NCBI GenBank assembly: GCA_965217585.1 | Contig: OZ244561.1 | Location: 1,056,001 to 1,120,000, forward strand | Direction: 5' to 3' | Length of the DNA stretch: 64,000 bases | Source of the DNA: Candidatus Latescibacterota bacterium | GTDB taxonomy: Bacteria > Latescibacterota > UBA2968 > UBA8231 | Part shown: in pieces, positions 1 to 8,447 of the stretch | Numbering within the stretch: the first letter of the stretch is position 1 | How the letters are laid out: every line of letters begins with the position of its first letter | Program-made: the position numbers and the translations under genes | The notes under the pieces: model-generated | The model's input: only the letters and a program-made list of their open reading frames with translations | Told to the model about the DNA's origin: nothing | Databases searched by the model: none

Positions 1-1236
1 AATGACCCGCGCAATGGCCAGGAAAATGGCAAATGCCCCAAAGAAAAACACCACCGCCGCCACCACCGGTACCCCACTCAGCAGCAGCCAGCCGAGGAAG
101 TAGATCGCGCAGGCAATCCACAGCCACACGGCCGCCCGGTAGGAGAGAATCTCGTCTCCATCGTCGGCCTGAACGCCGCGCCTGAACGCCGCGCTGAACA
201 CTTGGCGCAAGTGGCCCCGCGCCGTCCACAGGATCGCCGCCACCAACACCAGCATCGCCCCCATCCCCTGGTGCGACAGGGCCACCGAAGAACCTGTGAG
301 CGCCTCGTTGTGCCCTTTGATCTGAAAGCCGATGACGTTAAAAACCCCGGTCTGGCAGCGGCTCAACAAGTGGAAAAACCACACCGAGAAAGCCACGTTG
401 AGATTGAGGAAGTACGCCACGCCAATGATGGCGAAATTGACGAAGATGTGCAGCCGCACGCTATCGCGGAAAAGCATCAACGGATCGAACACCAGCCGCA
501 CCTCGGGCACAAAAAAGAAATAGTGGTTCAGCCCGTCCAGCACTTGGATGGCAAAGGGCAACGCAAACCCGACCCACATCAGCGGGTTGCGAAACAACTG
601 CGGGAAAATGCCCTCGTCGTTGCCGCGCAGCATCTCCAAGGGCACCTGCGCCAGCGGGAAGACCAGCCGCTCCTGTTCGACCCAAGGCCGCCTGAAGACG
701 ACCATAGTGGCGATCATCAGCAAGTAGATCGCCACCATCGCGCTGCCCCAAGCCATAAGCGGCACCAGCCAAGCGGCCCACGGAATGCCCATCCCCTCGG
801 GCAGCCCTTCGTAAAAGAAGCGTGCTGCCTCGGCTTCGTGCGGTGCCAGCCAAGAGGGAATCAGCGGTTGAATCAACTCGGCCCAGCGGTTTTCTGGCGT
901 GGCGTAGTAGAAGGGGCGGGTGAGGATGTGGCACAGGTTGGTCACCAATCCCCAAGTGGGAATCGCGGAGGCGACGACCATCATCGCATACACGACCACC
1001 AACTCGCTCGTGCGCAGTGCCCAAGCCCTGAACGCGATCTTTAACAGGGGATTGACCAAGCCCACCAGCAGCAGGAAGACCATCATCGCGCCGGCCGCGA
1101 GGTAATCCGAAGTCAGGCCGGCGTTTTGCAGGACGAGTACTGTATAGGGACAAGCCAAGTTCAGGAAGAGAGCCGCCCCCGCGCCCAATACTAGGGCGCG
1201 CCGCGTCACCTCCAAGCCAGTTCGCTCCTTGTACAT
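1..1236 (-). CDS. DUF6785/DUF6784-type OPT-like polytopic membrane protein (5' part; runs off the left edge)
   Basis: Not in the ORF track. Translated by hand from ATG at 1236: MYKERTGLEVTRRALVLGAGAALFLNLACPYTVLVLQNAGLTSDYLAAGAMMVFLLLVGLVNPLLK... It carries the YYATPEN, RRQWVEQERLVFPLAQVP and SHQGMGAM motifs seen in the paralogs at 8448 and 18403. Confidence 0.85.
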   Translation of the reverse strand, partial: MYKERTGLEVTRRALVLGAGAALFLNLACPYTVLVLQNAGLTSDYLAAGAMMVFLLLVGLVNPLLKIAFRAWALRTSELVVVYAMMVVASAIPTWGLVTNLCHILTRPFYYATPENRWAELIQPLIPSWLAPHEAEAARFFYEGLPEGMGIPWAAWLVPLMAWGSAMVAIYLLMIATMVVFRRPWVEQERLVFPLAQVPLEMLRGNDEGIFPQLFRNPLMWVGFALPFAIQVLDGLNHYFFFVPEVRLVFDPLMLFRDSVRLHIFVNFAIIGVAYFLNLNVAFSVWFFHLLSRCQTGVFNVIGFQIKGHNEALTGSSVALSHQGMGAMLVLVAAILWTARGHLRQVFSAAFRRGVQADDGDEILSYRAAVWLWIACAIYFLGWLLLSGVPVVAAVVFFFGAFAIFLAIARVI

Positions 1237-1360
1237 GGCCGGAAAATAGCCGCTGACCCCGGCGGCGACAACCGCAGCGCGGCCCCATTGCTGCGCTCTA
1301 GCCCTGCCGTTACTTTTTTATAGCCGCACGGCCCCACCCATCAACCCCGGTAGCCATTAA

Positions 1361-2644
1361 ATGCCTAAAGTATATGTACCCATGTGCGTGGATTTGCTCC
1401 ACCAAGGGCATCTAAACATCATCCGCGTCGCGCGAGGATTGGGAGAAATTACCATTGGCCTGATGACCGACGAGGCTATGGTCAGCTACAAGCGCCTACC
1501 CTATCTGAACTACGAGCAGCGCAAGGCTATCGTCGAAAACATCAAGGGGGTAAGCGAGGTAATCCCCCAGACGACGCTCGACTACGTGGCCAACGTGCGC
1601 CGCCTGCGGCCGCGCTACTTCGTCCACGGCGACGACTGGCGCACCGGCGTCCAGCGGGAGGCGCGGCAGCGCGTCATCGAAGCGCTCAAAGAGTGGGGTG
1701 GAGAAGTGGTCGAGCCAGCCTACACCCCGGGCATTTCCTCGACGCGGCTGAACGCGGCCCTCCGCGAAGTGGGTTTTACGCCCGATGTCCGCCGCCAGCG
1801 GTTGCGCCGATTGCTAGCCGCCAAGCCGCTGGTGACCGCGCTCGAAGCGCACAGCGGCCTCACCGGCCTGATCGTCGAAAACGCGCAAGTGGAAGCGAAC
1901 GGCCAAACGCGGGAATTCGACGCCATGTGGGTCGGCAGCCTCACCGACTCCACGGCCAAGGGCAAGCCCGACATCGAATACGTCGATCTCACCTCGCGCA
2001 TGGCTACGGTGCAGGAAATTTTGGCCGTCACCAACAAGCCGCTCATCCTCGACGGCGATTCCGGCGGCTTGGTCGAGCACTTTGTCTTGGCGGTGCGCAC
2101 GCTGGAGCGAATCGGCGTTTCGGCCATTGTCATAGAAGACACAATGAGTCCATCCGGCGCGGCGGCCGCACAGCACCAAGAGGATGCCGATGCCTTTGCC
2201 TACAAAATCGAGCGCGGCAAAAAGGCCCAAATAGCCGACGACTTTATGATCGTGGCGCGCATTGAATCCCTCATCGCCGGCAAAGACGTGTGCGATGCCA
2301 TCGAGCGAGCGAGCGCGTACATCGGCAGCGGGGCCGACGGTATCCTGATCCACAGCCGGGAAAAGACCCCCTGCGAAATCCTTTCCTTCTGCGACGAATA
2401 CGCCAAGTTGTCCTCTCGCGTCCCCTTGGTCGCGATGCCTTCGACCTTCAGTCAGGTGACCGAGCAACAGCTCGTCGATGCCGGCGTGCAAGTAGTTCTC
2501 TACGCCAACCACTTGCTGCGTAGTGCCTATCCAGCTATGCTCAAAACCGCAGAGTCCATTCTCCTGCACCAACGGGCCTATGAGGCGGAAGAGCTATGCA
2601 CGTCCATCGAGCAGGTCCTGCACCTGATTCCCTTCCGGGATTAA
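1361..2644 (+). CDS. aepX: Cytidylyltransferase (HxGH) - phosphoenolpyruvate mutase fusion, AepX/PepM-like, with degenerate catalytic loop
   Basis: N-terminal DLLHQGH nucleotidyltransferase motif. C-terminal ICL/PEPM motifs [33 protein letters not shown] and LIHSR are present. The EDKx5NS signature is replaced by EDTMSPSG. Confidence 0.85.
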   Translation: MPKVYVPMCVDLLHQGHLNIIRVARGLGEITIGLMTDEAMVSYKRLPYLNYEQRKAIVENIKGVSEVIPQTTLDYVANVRRLRPRYFVHGDDWRTGVQREARQRVIEALKEWGGEVVEPAYTPGISSTRLNAALREVGFTPDVRRQRLRRLLAAKPLVTALEAHSGLTGLIVENAQVEANGQTREFDAMWVGSLTDSTAKGKPDIEYVDLTSRMATVQEILAVTNKPLILDGDSGGLVEHFVLAVRTLERIGVSAIVIEDTMSPSGAAAAQHQEDADAFAYKIERGKKAQIADDFMIVARIESLIAGKDVCDAIERASAYIGSGADGILIHSREKTPCEILSFCDEYAKLSSRVPLVAMPSTFSQVTEQQLVDAGVQVVLYANHLLRSAYPAMLKTAESILLHQRAYEAEELCTSIEQVLHLIPFRD

Positions 2645-2693
2645 TTTTAGTGTCCCGCTAACTCGCTCAAAAATTTAGAATATAGGAGCACCT

Positions 2694-3410
2694 GTGCGTA
2701 AATCCCCGTACACGGCTGCGGACTTCAAGGCCAGCAAGCCCGAGGTCATGGGGCTGGTCGAAGTCCTGTTCAACCGCCGCCTCTCCACCCTGCTCACTCG
2801 CCTGTTGGTCCGCACTCCCCTCAGCCCCAACCAAGTGACGGTGCTTTCCTTTCTCGTCCTCCTGCCCGGCGCGTACCTGCTCTCCACGGGCGAGCGCATC
2901 GCCCTCATCGGGGCCGGCTTCCTCATCCAACTATCCTTTACGCTCGATTGCTGCGACGGCGAACTCGCTCGTTTGCGCGGCATCAGCTCGCCGTTTGGCG
3001 CTTGGCTCGACGGCTTGCTCGATCGCATTGCCGAATTGGCGCTCTGTCTTGCCTTGGGACGGGCATTGGAGCACCAAAGCGATGATCCGCACGCCTATTT
3101 CTACTCCTTTGTCGTCTTCGCTTCGCTAGCCATGACCCACATCGCCACCTTGATGAACGCTGCGGCCTTTGGCAAGGGACAACTAGCGGAATCCGCGGGC
3201 CGCGGCCTGATGGGCCGCTTGGCCGGCCTCGTACGCGTTTCGCCGCTGAAACTGCGCAACTATCTGCGCAGTGGCATTGACGTCTATTTGATGGTTTTTG
3301 CGTTGGGCGCAGTGTTTGACCAGCTCATGGGGGTCGTCTATTATTTCGCCGTTGTGCAGAACCTCTATTGGCTGGCCATCGTCTCAATGGTGGTAAGGCA
3401 AAAAAAGTAA
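2694..3410 (+). CDS. CDP-alcohol phosphatidyltransferase family membrane protein
   Basis: Full signature DxxDGxxAR...GxxxDxxxD (DCCDGELARLRGISSPFGAWLDGLLD), PNQVT motif and hydrophobic helices. GTG start with AGGAG RBS. Confidence 0.9.
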   Translation: MRKSPYTAADFKASKPEVMGLVEVLFNRRLSTLLTRLLVRTPLSPNQVTVLSFLVLLPGAYLLSTGERIALIGAGFLIQLSFTLDCCDGELARLRGISSPFGAWLDGLLDRIAELALCLALGRALEHQSDDPHAYFYSFVVFASLAMTHIATLMNAAAFGKGQLAESAGRGLMGRLAGLVRVSPLKLRNYLRSGIDVYLMVFALGAVFDQLMGVVYYFAVVQNLYWLAIVSMVVRQKK

Positions 3411-3423
3411 CTGGAGGTATCTT

Positions 3424-4260
3424 ATGGAGCCCAGCCCAGCCGCTGAGATGCTCGCCGTCCTTGGTTCCATTAAAGAGAGCTTCTTCCACGTGCTACCCAA
3501 GTTGGCCATCTCCCTATTCGTCCTGTTCGTCGGGTGGCTCGTGGCGTGGTCGCTTCGCGCGCTCGCGCGCCGAGTGATCGGGCGTTTTTCCAAGCGAATT
3601 TCCGCGGGCACGACCCAGGCCGCTTGGCAACAGGTCTTGGCCGACAAGGGACTCGGGCGCATCGTCTCAAGCAGCATCTATTGGCTCGTCTTGTTGGTCG
3701 CGGTCATGGTGACCAGCGAAGTCGTCGGCCTTCCGCTGCTGACCACCTATCTGGCCGCTTTGGCACACTACCTGCCCAAGGTCATCGTGGCGGTCGCGGT
3801 CTTGTTCGCCGGTGTCGTCGGAGCTCGCCTCGTCAGTGAGGCAGCCATGAGCACGGCCTTTCGCTTGCTGCCGCATCAAGGGCGGCAATTGGCCCGCCTC
3901 GTGCGAGGGCTCATCGTCGGCGCGGCCATTCTCGTGGCGACCAAGCAACTAGGTGTGGACGTATCGCTGCTGACGGACATCTTCTTGATCGTACTCACCG
4001 CGATTCTCGCCGGCGCAGCTTTTGCGTTTGGGCTGGGCGCCCGCACCATTATCGCCAACATCCTCGCCATGCACTACGTCAACAAGTCCTACGACGTGGG
4101 TCAGCGGATTCGCCTCGGCGACGACAATGGGCGCATCGTGCGGACGACCTCCACCACCGTTTTTGTCGAGCACGCCGACGGCGAGTTGGGCATCCCCGGG
4201 CAGCGCTTCTTCGAGGAGCGATGCCTCCGCATAAGCAAGGGGGTGTCCAGTGAACCTTGA
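3424..4260 (+). CDS. Small-conductance mechanosensitive channel-like (TM-helix/CmpX-type) protein
   Basis: Repeated LPK..I..VL..G TM-helix motifs, AFAFGLGAR..IANILA, and a short MscS beta domain (YDVGQRIRLG..GRI). Confidence 0.8.
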   Translation: MEPSPAAEMLAVLGSIKESFFHVLPKLAISLFVLFVGWLVAWSLRALARRVIGRFSKRISAGTTQAAWQQVLADKGLGRIVSSSIYWLVLLVAVMVTSEVVGLPLLTTYLAALAHYLPKVIVAVAVLFAGVVGARLVSEAAMSTAFRLLPHQGRQLARLVRGLIVGAAILVATKQLGVDVSLLTDIFLIVLTAILAGAAFAFGLGARTIIANILAMHYVNKSYDVGQRIRLGDDNGRIVRTTSTTVFVEHADGELGIPGQRFFEERCLRISKGVSSEP

Positions 4261-5116
4261 ACAACAGCTCCTCGCGCAATTTGCAACCGATCATCCGGCG
4301 GAAGTCGCGTGTGACCTAGCAGCCATGTCGCACCAAGAAGCGGCGCTGGTGCTCGGCGATCTAGCGCCAGCGGCTGCGGTGGGCCTCTTGCACTACCTGC
4401 CGTCGCTTGCTGCAGCCCTCGCCCTAGAGCAGCTATCCGTTGAAGCCGCCGCCGCCATACTCACTGCCGCGCGCCCGGATATCGCCGCGCCCATCTTGCG
4501 CGCGACCCCGAGCGAACGCCGCACCGCAGTCGTCGATCACTTCCCCTCGCGCCTCCAATCCGTGATTTCGAACCTGCTCATCTACGCCGAGGATACGGCC
4601 GGAGCACTCATGGACCCCGAAGTGCTCACCGCATTCGAGCAAGAACCAGTTTGCCAAGTGCTAGCGCGGCTCCAGCGCAATCCCGAGCACGCCCTCTACT
4701 ATCTCTACGTAGTAGCCGACAATCAACGGCTCATCGGCGTCGTCAACATGCGGGAACTGATGAGCGCGCGGCCCGATGTATCGCTGGCGTCTGTCTGCAC
4801 GCGCCATGTCGCGTCCATTGCCGCCAGCGCCACTTGGCAAACCGTGGTGGGACACCCGGCGTGGGGCAGCGTCCACGCGCTGCCCGTAGTGGACGAGGCC
4901 GGCCAGTTCGTCGGTGTCCTCCGCTACGAAACCGCGCGGGATTTGGAGCGGCGTCAAGCCAGCGACGCGCTGACATATAGCGGCCTACAAACGGCTTCGG
5001 CCCTCAGCGAAGTATTTGGCCTCGGCCTGCGCGGATTGTTTGGCCTCGGTCTGCGCGGCATGTTCCAAGAGACAGCCTCCGAGACCGCCGATGGCTCGGG
5101 CGAGCAGAAGCCGTGA
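4250..5116 (+). CDS. MgtE intracellular N-domain plus CBS pair protein with no transmembrane domain
   Basis: YAEDTAGALM, YYLYVV...LIGVV and LPVVDEAGQFVG motifs. Start overlaps the upstream gene. Confidence 0.8.
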   Translation: MNLEQQLLAQFATDHPAEVACDLAAMSHQEAALVLGDLAPAAAVGLLHYLPSLAAALALEQLSVEAAAAILTAARPDIAAPILRATPSERRTAVVDHFPSRLQSVISNLLIYAEDTAGALMDPEVLTAFEQEPVCQVLARLQRNPEHALYYLYVVADNQRLIGVVNMRELMSARPDVSLASVCTRHVASIAASATWQTVVGHPAWGSVHALPVVDEAGQFVGVLRYETARDLERRQASDALTYSGLQTASALSEVFGLGLRGLFGLGLRGMFQETASETADGSGEQKP

Positions 5117-6426
5117 TGGAACAGCTAACTCCGCACCAAGTGCTCATCCAGCGGTTCGTCGAACTCCATCCCGAGGAAGTGGCGCGCCAGCTAGACGACG
5201 CCGACGTGGACGAGGCCGTCGGCGTGTTGCAGCGCGGGGATGACGCGGTCGTGGCAACGGTCTTGCAGCGGATGGAGCTAGAGCGCGGCTCGCGCATTTT
5301 GACGTACTTGGACGACGAGGCCGTCGGTCTCCTCCTCAAACAGCTCGACGAGGCCGTTACCGCACGGCTACTCGCGCAGCTCGACGAGGCCGAGCGCGCG
5401 CGGATCCTCGCGTTGGCGGGCGCGGAGCGCGGCCGGGAAATCCAAGAGATCCTCTCCTATCCCCCGGGCACGGCCGGCTCCCTGATGGACGCTCAGGTCA
5501 GCACCTTCGCGCTGGATTGCCCGGTGGCCACCGCGCTAGAGCGGGTCCGCCAGCTAGGCAATCGCCGCGCCATGGCTCTCGTGCTCCGCGACGAAAACGA
5601 TCGCTACGCGGGCGTGGTGCGACTGCCGGACGTGGTCGCCGCCGACCCAGAGCTATTACTCGGCGAGCTCCGCGACGACACGGCCGTACAAGTGCAGCCC
5701 ATGACGCCGAGGGAGGAAGTGGTAGAACTCCTGAACACGTATCGTCTTACGAGCCTGCCGGTGGTCGATTTCCAAGAGCAAGTCATCGGCGTCATTCACC
5801 ACGATGGCCTCGTCAATGCGGCGCAGCAAGACCTAGCAGCTAATGTCCAAGAAATGGTCGGTGCGTCTGCCGAAGAGCGCGCCCTGTCCAAGCCGTGGGT
5901 GGGCATTCGCAGTCGGCTGCCCTGGCTCCACATCAACCTCGTAACCGCCTTTCTGGCGGCTGCGGTCGTCGGCCTCTTCGAGGACACGATTGCCAAGTTT
6001 ACCGCGCTCGCGGTCCTGCTGCCCGTAGTCGCGGGTCAGTCGGGCAATACCGGCGCGCAGGCCCTCGCCGTGACTATGCGGGGACTAGCACTGCGCGAGA
6101 TCCGCACCTCGCACGCTGCCCGCGTCCTCACCAAGGAGCTGGTAATCGGCTTTTGCAACGGGCTGGCCATTGCCGCGGTGACCGCGATCGGCGTCTTCAT
6201 CTGGAGCCAGAGCTTGGGGCTGGCCTTCGTCATGTTGTGCGCCATGTTGGTGTCCATGATCCTCGCGGCCATGGCCGGCGCGGCCATCCCGGTCGTGCTG
6301 TCCAAGCTGGGCCACGACCCCGTGACAGCGGCCTCGATCATTCTCACAACCGTGACCGACATCGTGGGTTTCCTCTCGTTTTTGGGCTTGGCAACGCTGC
6401 TGGCCAGTATGCTCCCGACCGGCTAG
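5113..6426 (+). CDS. mgtE: Magnesium transporter MgtE
   Basis: YPPGTAGSLM, CBS pair, RLPWL, GQSGNTGAQA, and DP..A...TTVTDIVG carrying the conserved Mg-binding Asp. Confidence 0.93.
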   Translation: MMEQLTPHQVLIQRFVELHPEEVARQLDDADVDEAVGVLQRGDDAVVATVLQRMELERGSRILTYLDDEAVGLLLKQLDEAVTARLLAQLDEAERARILALAGAERGREIQEILSYPPGTAGSLMDAQVSTFALDCPVATALERVRQLGNRRAMALVLRDENDRYAGVVRLPDVVAADPELLLGELRDDTAVQVQPMTPREEVVELLNTYRLTSLPVVDFQEQVIGVIHHDGLVNAAQQDLAANVQEMVGASAEERALSKPWVGIRSRLPWLHINLVTAFLAAAVVGLFEDTIAKFTALAVLLPVVAGQSGNTGAQALAVTMRGLALREIRTSHAARVLTKELVIGFCNGLAIAAVTAIGVFIWSQSLGLAFVMLCAMLVSMILAAMAGAAIPVVLSKLGHDPVTAASIILTTVTDIVGFLSFLGLATLLASMLPTG

Positions 6427-6435
6427 AACGCCTAC

Positions 6436-6519
6436 TCCCACACCAGACACTGCGACTCTTTAGACTGGTACATTCAATTCGCAATTCGCAATCCCCACAA
6501 CGGACATTGCGACTCTTTA
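6436..6519. repeat. Intergenic imperfect direct repeat (2 copies, 57-bp period) enclosing a short CAATTCG tandem
   Basis: GACACTGCGACTCTTTA (6446-6462) and GACATTGCGACTCTTTA (6503-6519), each preceded by CCCACA. CAATTCGCAATTCGCAAT lies between them. Confidence 0.7.
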
Positions 6520-6580
6520 TATTTTATAACGTAGAACGCGACATAATTTGACCCACAACAAGAAACAAGGAGATACCTAA

Positions 6581-7531
6581 GTGGACGCCATCGCAGCCAT
6601 CGGCGGCAGCCGGCCCCTCAAAGCAGAAGTATTCGCCCAACGTGCGTACGCGCATGCACTCAACCCCGCGCGCAACCCGCTCAAGGAAACGCTCGACTCG
6701 TGCGCGTCCGTGGCCAAAACCCCGCCCCTGTTGGGCGGCTTCAACGACGTCCCTTGGCACAAGCTACGCGACGCCGAGGTCCACGCTTGGGCCAAGGCCG
6801 GCTGGTCGTGGATAGTCAACGACGCCGAGCACAGCCAGTGGGAAGGCTGGTACGGCCGCGAGCAAAACGCCGTCCTCTCGCGCCACGGCATCTTGCCGGT
6901 CCAGCGTCTAGCCCGCGAGGCCCGCTCCGCACACGGCGACGCCTTCCAACTCGGAGCGCGGGCGACGATGCGCCCCTATGGCACCACCTACGAGGAGGCC
7001 GAGCGCTATTTCCGCGCCATTAACTTTCCCGTCCCCGGCCAAGCCACCCCCGACGACCGCGGCGGGTATCCGGTCCGCGACGGCGAGCGGACCATGATGT
7101 TCACTCCCGACGAATTGCGCGGCACCGAGACCGAGACCCAAGGCTGGATCCAGTTCGAGACCAAGGAATACATCATCGACATCGAGACCCGCGACCGCGT
7201 CCTCGACCTGATGGCTGCCCAAGGGCGCAATAAGGCCTGTGGCTTTGTCGGCCCGTTTGACGCCATCCTGCGCGAGGGCGACCTCCCCGAAGTCAACGAC
7301 GCGGTCAACGCCCTCTTCCGCGCCGCGGCCGAGCGCGGCGTCCACACCGGCCGCGTGGTTGGGCACGGCGCGATGGAAGACCCCCAAGACATCGAAGATG
7401 GCATGGTCGAGGCCATCGACAACGGCGCACGCCTGATCTGCGTGCATCCCCTCACCAGCGACATGGTCTTTCGCGGGGCCTACGCCATGGCCGAGCCTTT
7501 CTTCCGCGCCTGCAAGCGCTGCGGCTTTTGA
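6581..7531 (+). CDS. HpcH/HpaI-like aldolase (PK/citrate-lyase-like TIM barrel)
   Basis: WIVNDAEH (DxEH), IQFET (cf. VQIET) and FVGPFD (cf. FIGPxD) motifs. AAGGAG RBS before GTG. Confidence 0.75.
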   Translation: MDAIAAIGGSRPLKAEVFAQRAYAHALNPARNPLKETLDSCASVAKTPPLLGGFNDVPWHKLRDAEVHAWAKAGWSWIVNDAEHSQWEGWYGREQNAVLSRHGILPVQRLAREARSAHGDAFQLGARATMRPYGTTYEEAERYFRAINFPVPGQATPDDRGGYPVRDGERTMMFTPDELRGTETETQGWIQFETKEYIIDIETRDRVLDLMAAQGRNKACGFVGPFDAILREGDLPEVNDAVNALFRAAAERGVHTGRVVGHGAMEDPQDIEDGMVEAIDNGARLICVHPLTSDMVFRGAYAMAEPFFRACKRCGF

Positions 7532-7559
7532 ACACCCCTTCACAGTTTTAGGAGATCTC

Positions 7560-8348
7560 ATGCACCTGCTTTGCATACTGATCGGCATGGTCGCGCTAGT
7601 GGACACTGCCGTCCATGCTCAACCCGAAGACAACGCTCCAGCAGAGGAACCGGTCGCGCTTGAGGCCGAGGCCCCTGCCATCCATGCCCCCGTTCATGCT
7701 CCCCTCAGCTACGACCCCTACTACGTCCTGCCGGGCGGCCTAGGCTACACTAGCGTCGATATTGGCGTCCGCACCTCTCCCTCCACGATCAAAGAGCTCA
7801 AGGACGTGAGCGATATCGTGGCCGTAGCCAAATTCAATCCCCACGCTCGTGTTGAAGCAGGCGCGCATCTCACCTTTGGCTTTTTCAAGGACGGGAGTTC
7901 CAACTTTGCCTCGTTCGTGGTCGGCGGCAAGTATCAACTCGGCCCCAACCGCGCGGCGACCGCTAGCATCGCGCTGCCGGCTGGCGACATCTCCGACCCG
8001 GGGCTAGCCGTTGGTCTCATGCAGACCGCGCGAATCGGTTCCGCCTTCCGCTTCAACACTCGGTTGCAGGTCGCCGCGCTCAAAGGCTACGCCGACGAGG
8101 GCCTAGTCGTCGATCTCTTGCTCGAACCAGCCCACGTATTCGGCGAAAAACTAAGCGCGTACCTCGACTTGCTCCTCACGTCCAACACCTCCGACTTGGA
8201 GGACGAGCTCAGCGTCCGCTTAGAACCGAATTTCGACATTGGCCTCGGCGATGGCATGGTGCTAAACGCAGGGGTCAGCGTGGATTTGCAGGGCGGCGAC
8301 GAACAGGAGGACGTGGGGTTGTTCATAGTGCTATTGCGAGACATGTAG
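7560..8348 (+). CDS. Secreted hypothetical protein, probable outer-membrane beta-barrel
   Basis: Signal peptide ending AVHA, then an acidic/Pro linker and alternating amphipathic beta segments. AGGAG RBS. Confidence 0.6.
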   Translation: MHLLCILIGMVALVDTAVHAQPEDNAPAEEPVALEAEAPAIHAPVHAPLSYDPYYVLPGGLGYTSVDIGVRTSPSTIKELKDVSDIVAVAKFNPHARVEAGAHLTFGFFKDGSSNFASFVVGGKYQLGPNRAATASIALPAGDISDPGLAVGLMQTARIGSAFRFNTRLQVAALKGYADEGLVVDLLLEPAHVFGEKLSAYLDLLLTSNTSDLEDELSVRLEPNFDIGLGDGMVLNAGVSVDLQGGDEQEDVGLFIVLLRDM

Positions 8349-8447
8349 GGGTTTCACGGAGCGTCCCAATCGCCATCTTCCTCGTGCTTTGCCATCCGCC
8401 CCATTCCCAATTTCGCCTTGCTCTATCGCTGGGAACGCCCCTGACCA

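Noticed and set aside
202-1288. ORFs 202-1044 (+) and 461-1288 (-) from the track
   Set aside because: Off-frame shadows of the true minus-strand membrane protein starting at 1236.
1361-3410. Complete phosphonate biosynthetic cluster
   Set aside because: The PepM signature is degenerate and no ppd/aepZ-type driving enzyme is adjacent.
6436-6519. Possible mini-CRISPR array
   Set aside because: Only two imperfect, non-palindromic copies, a low-complexity spacer and no cas genes.
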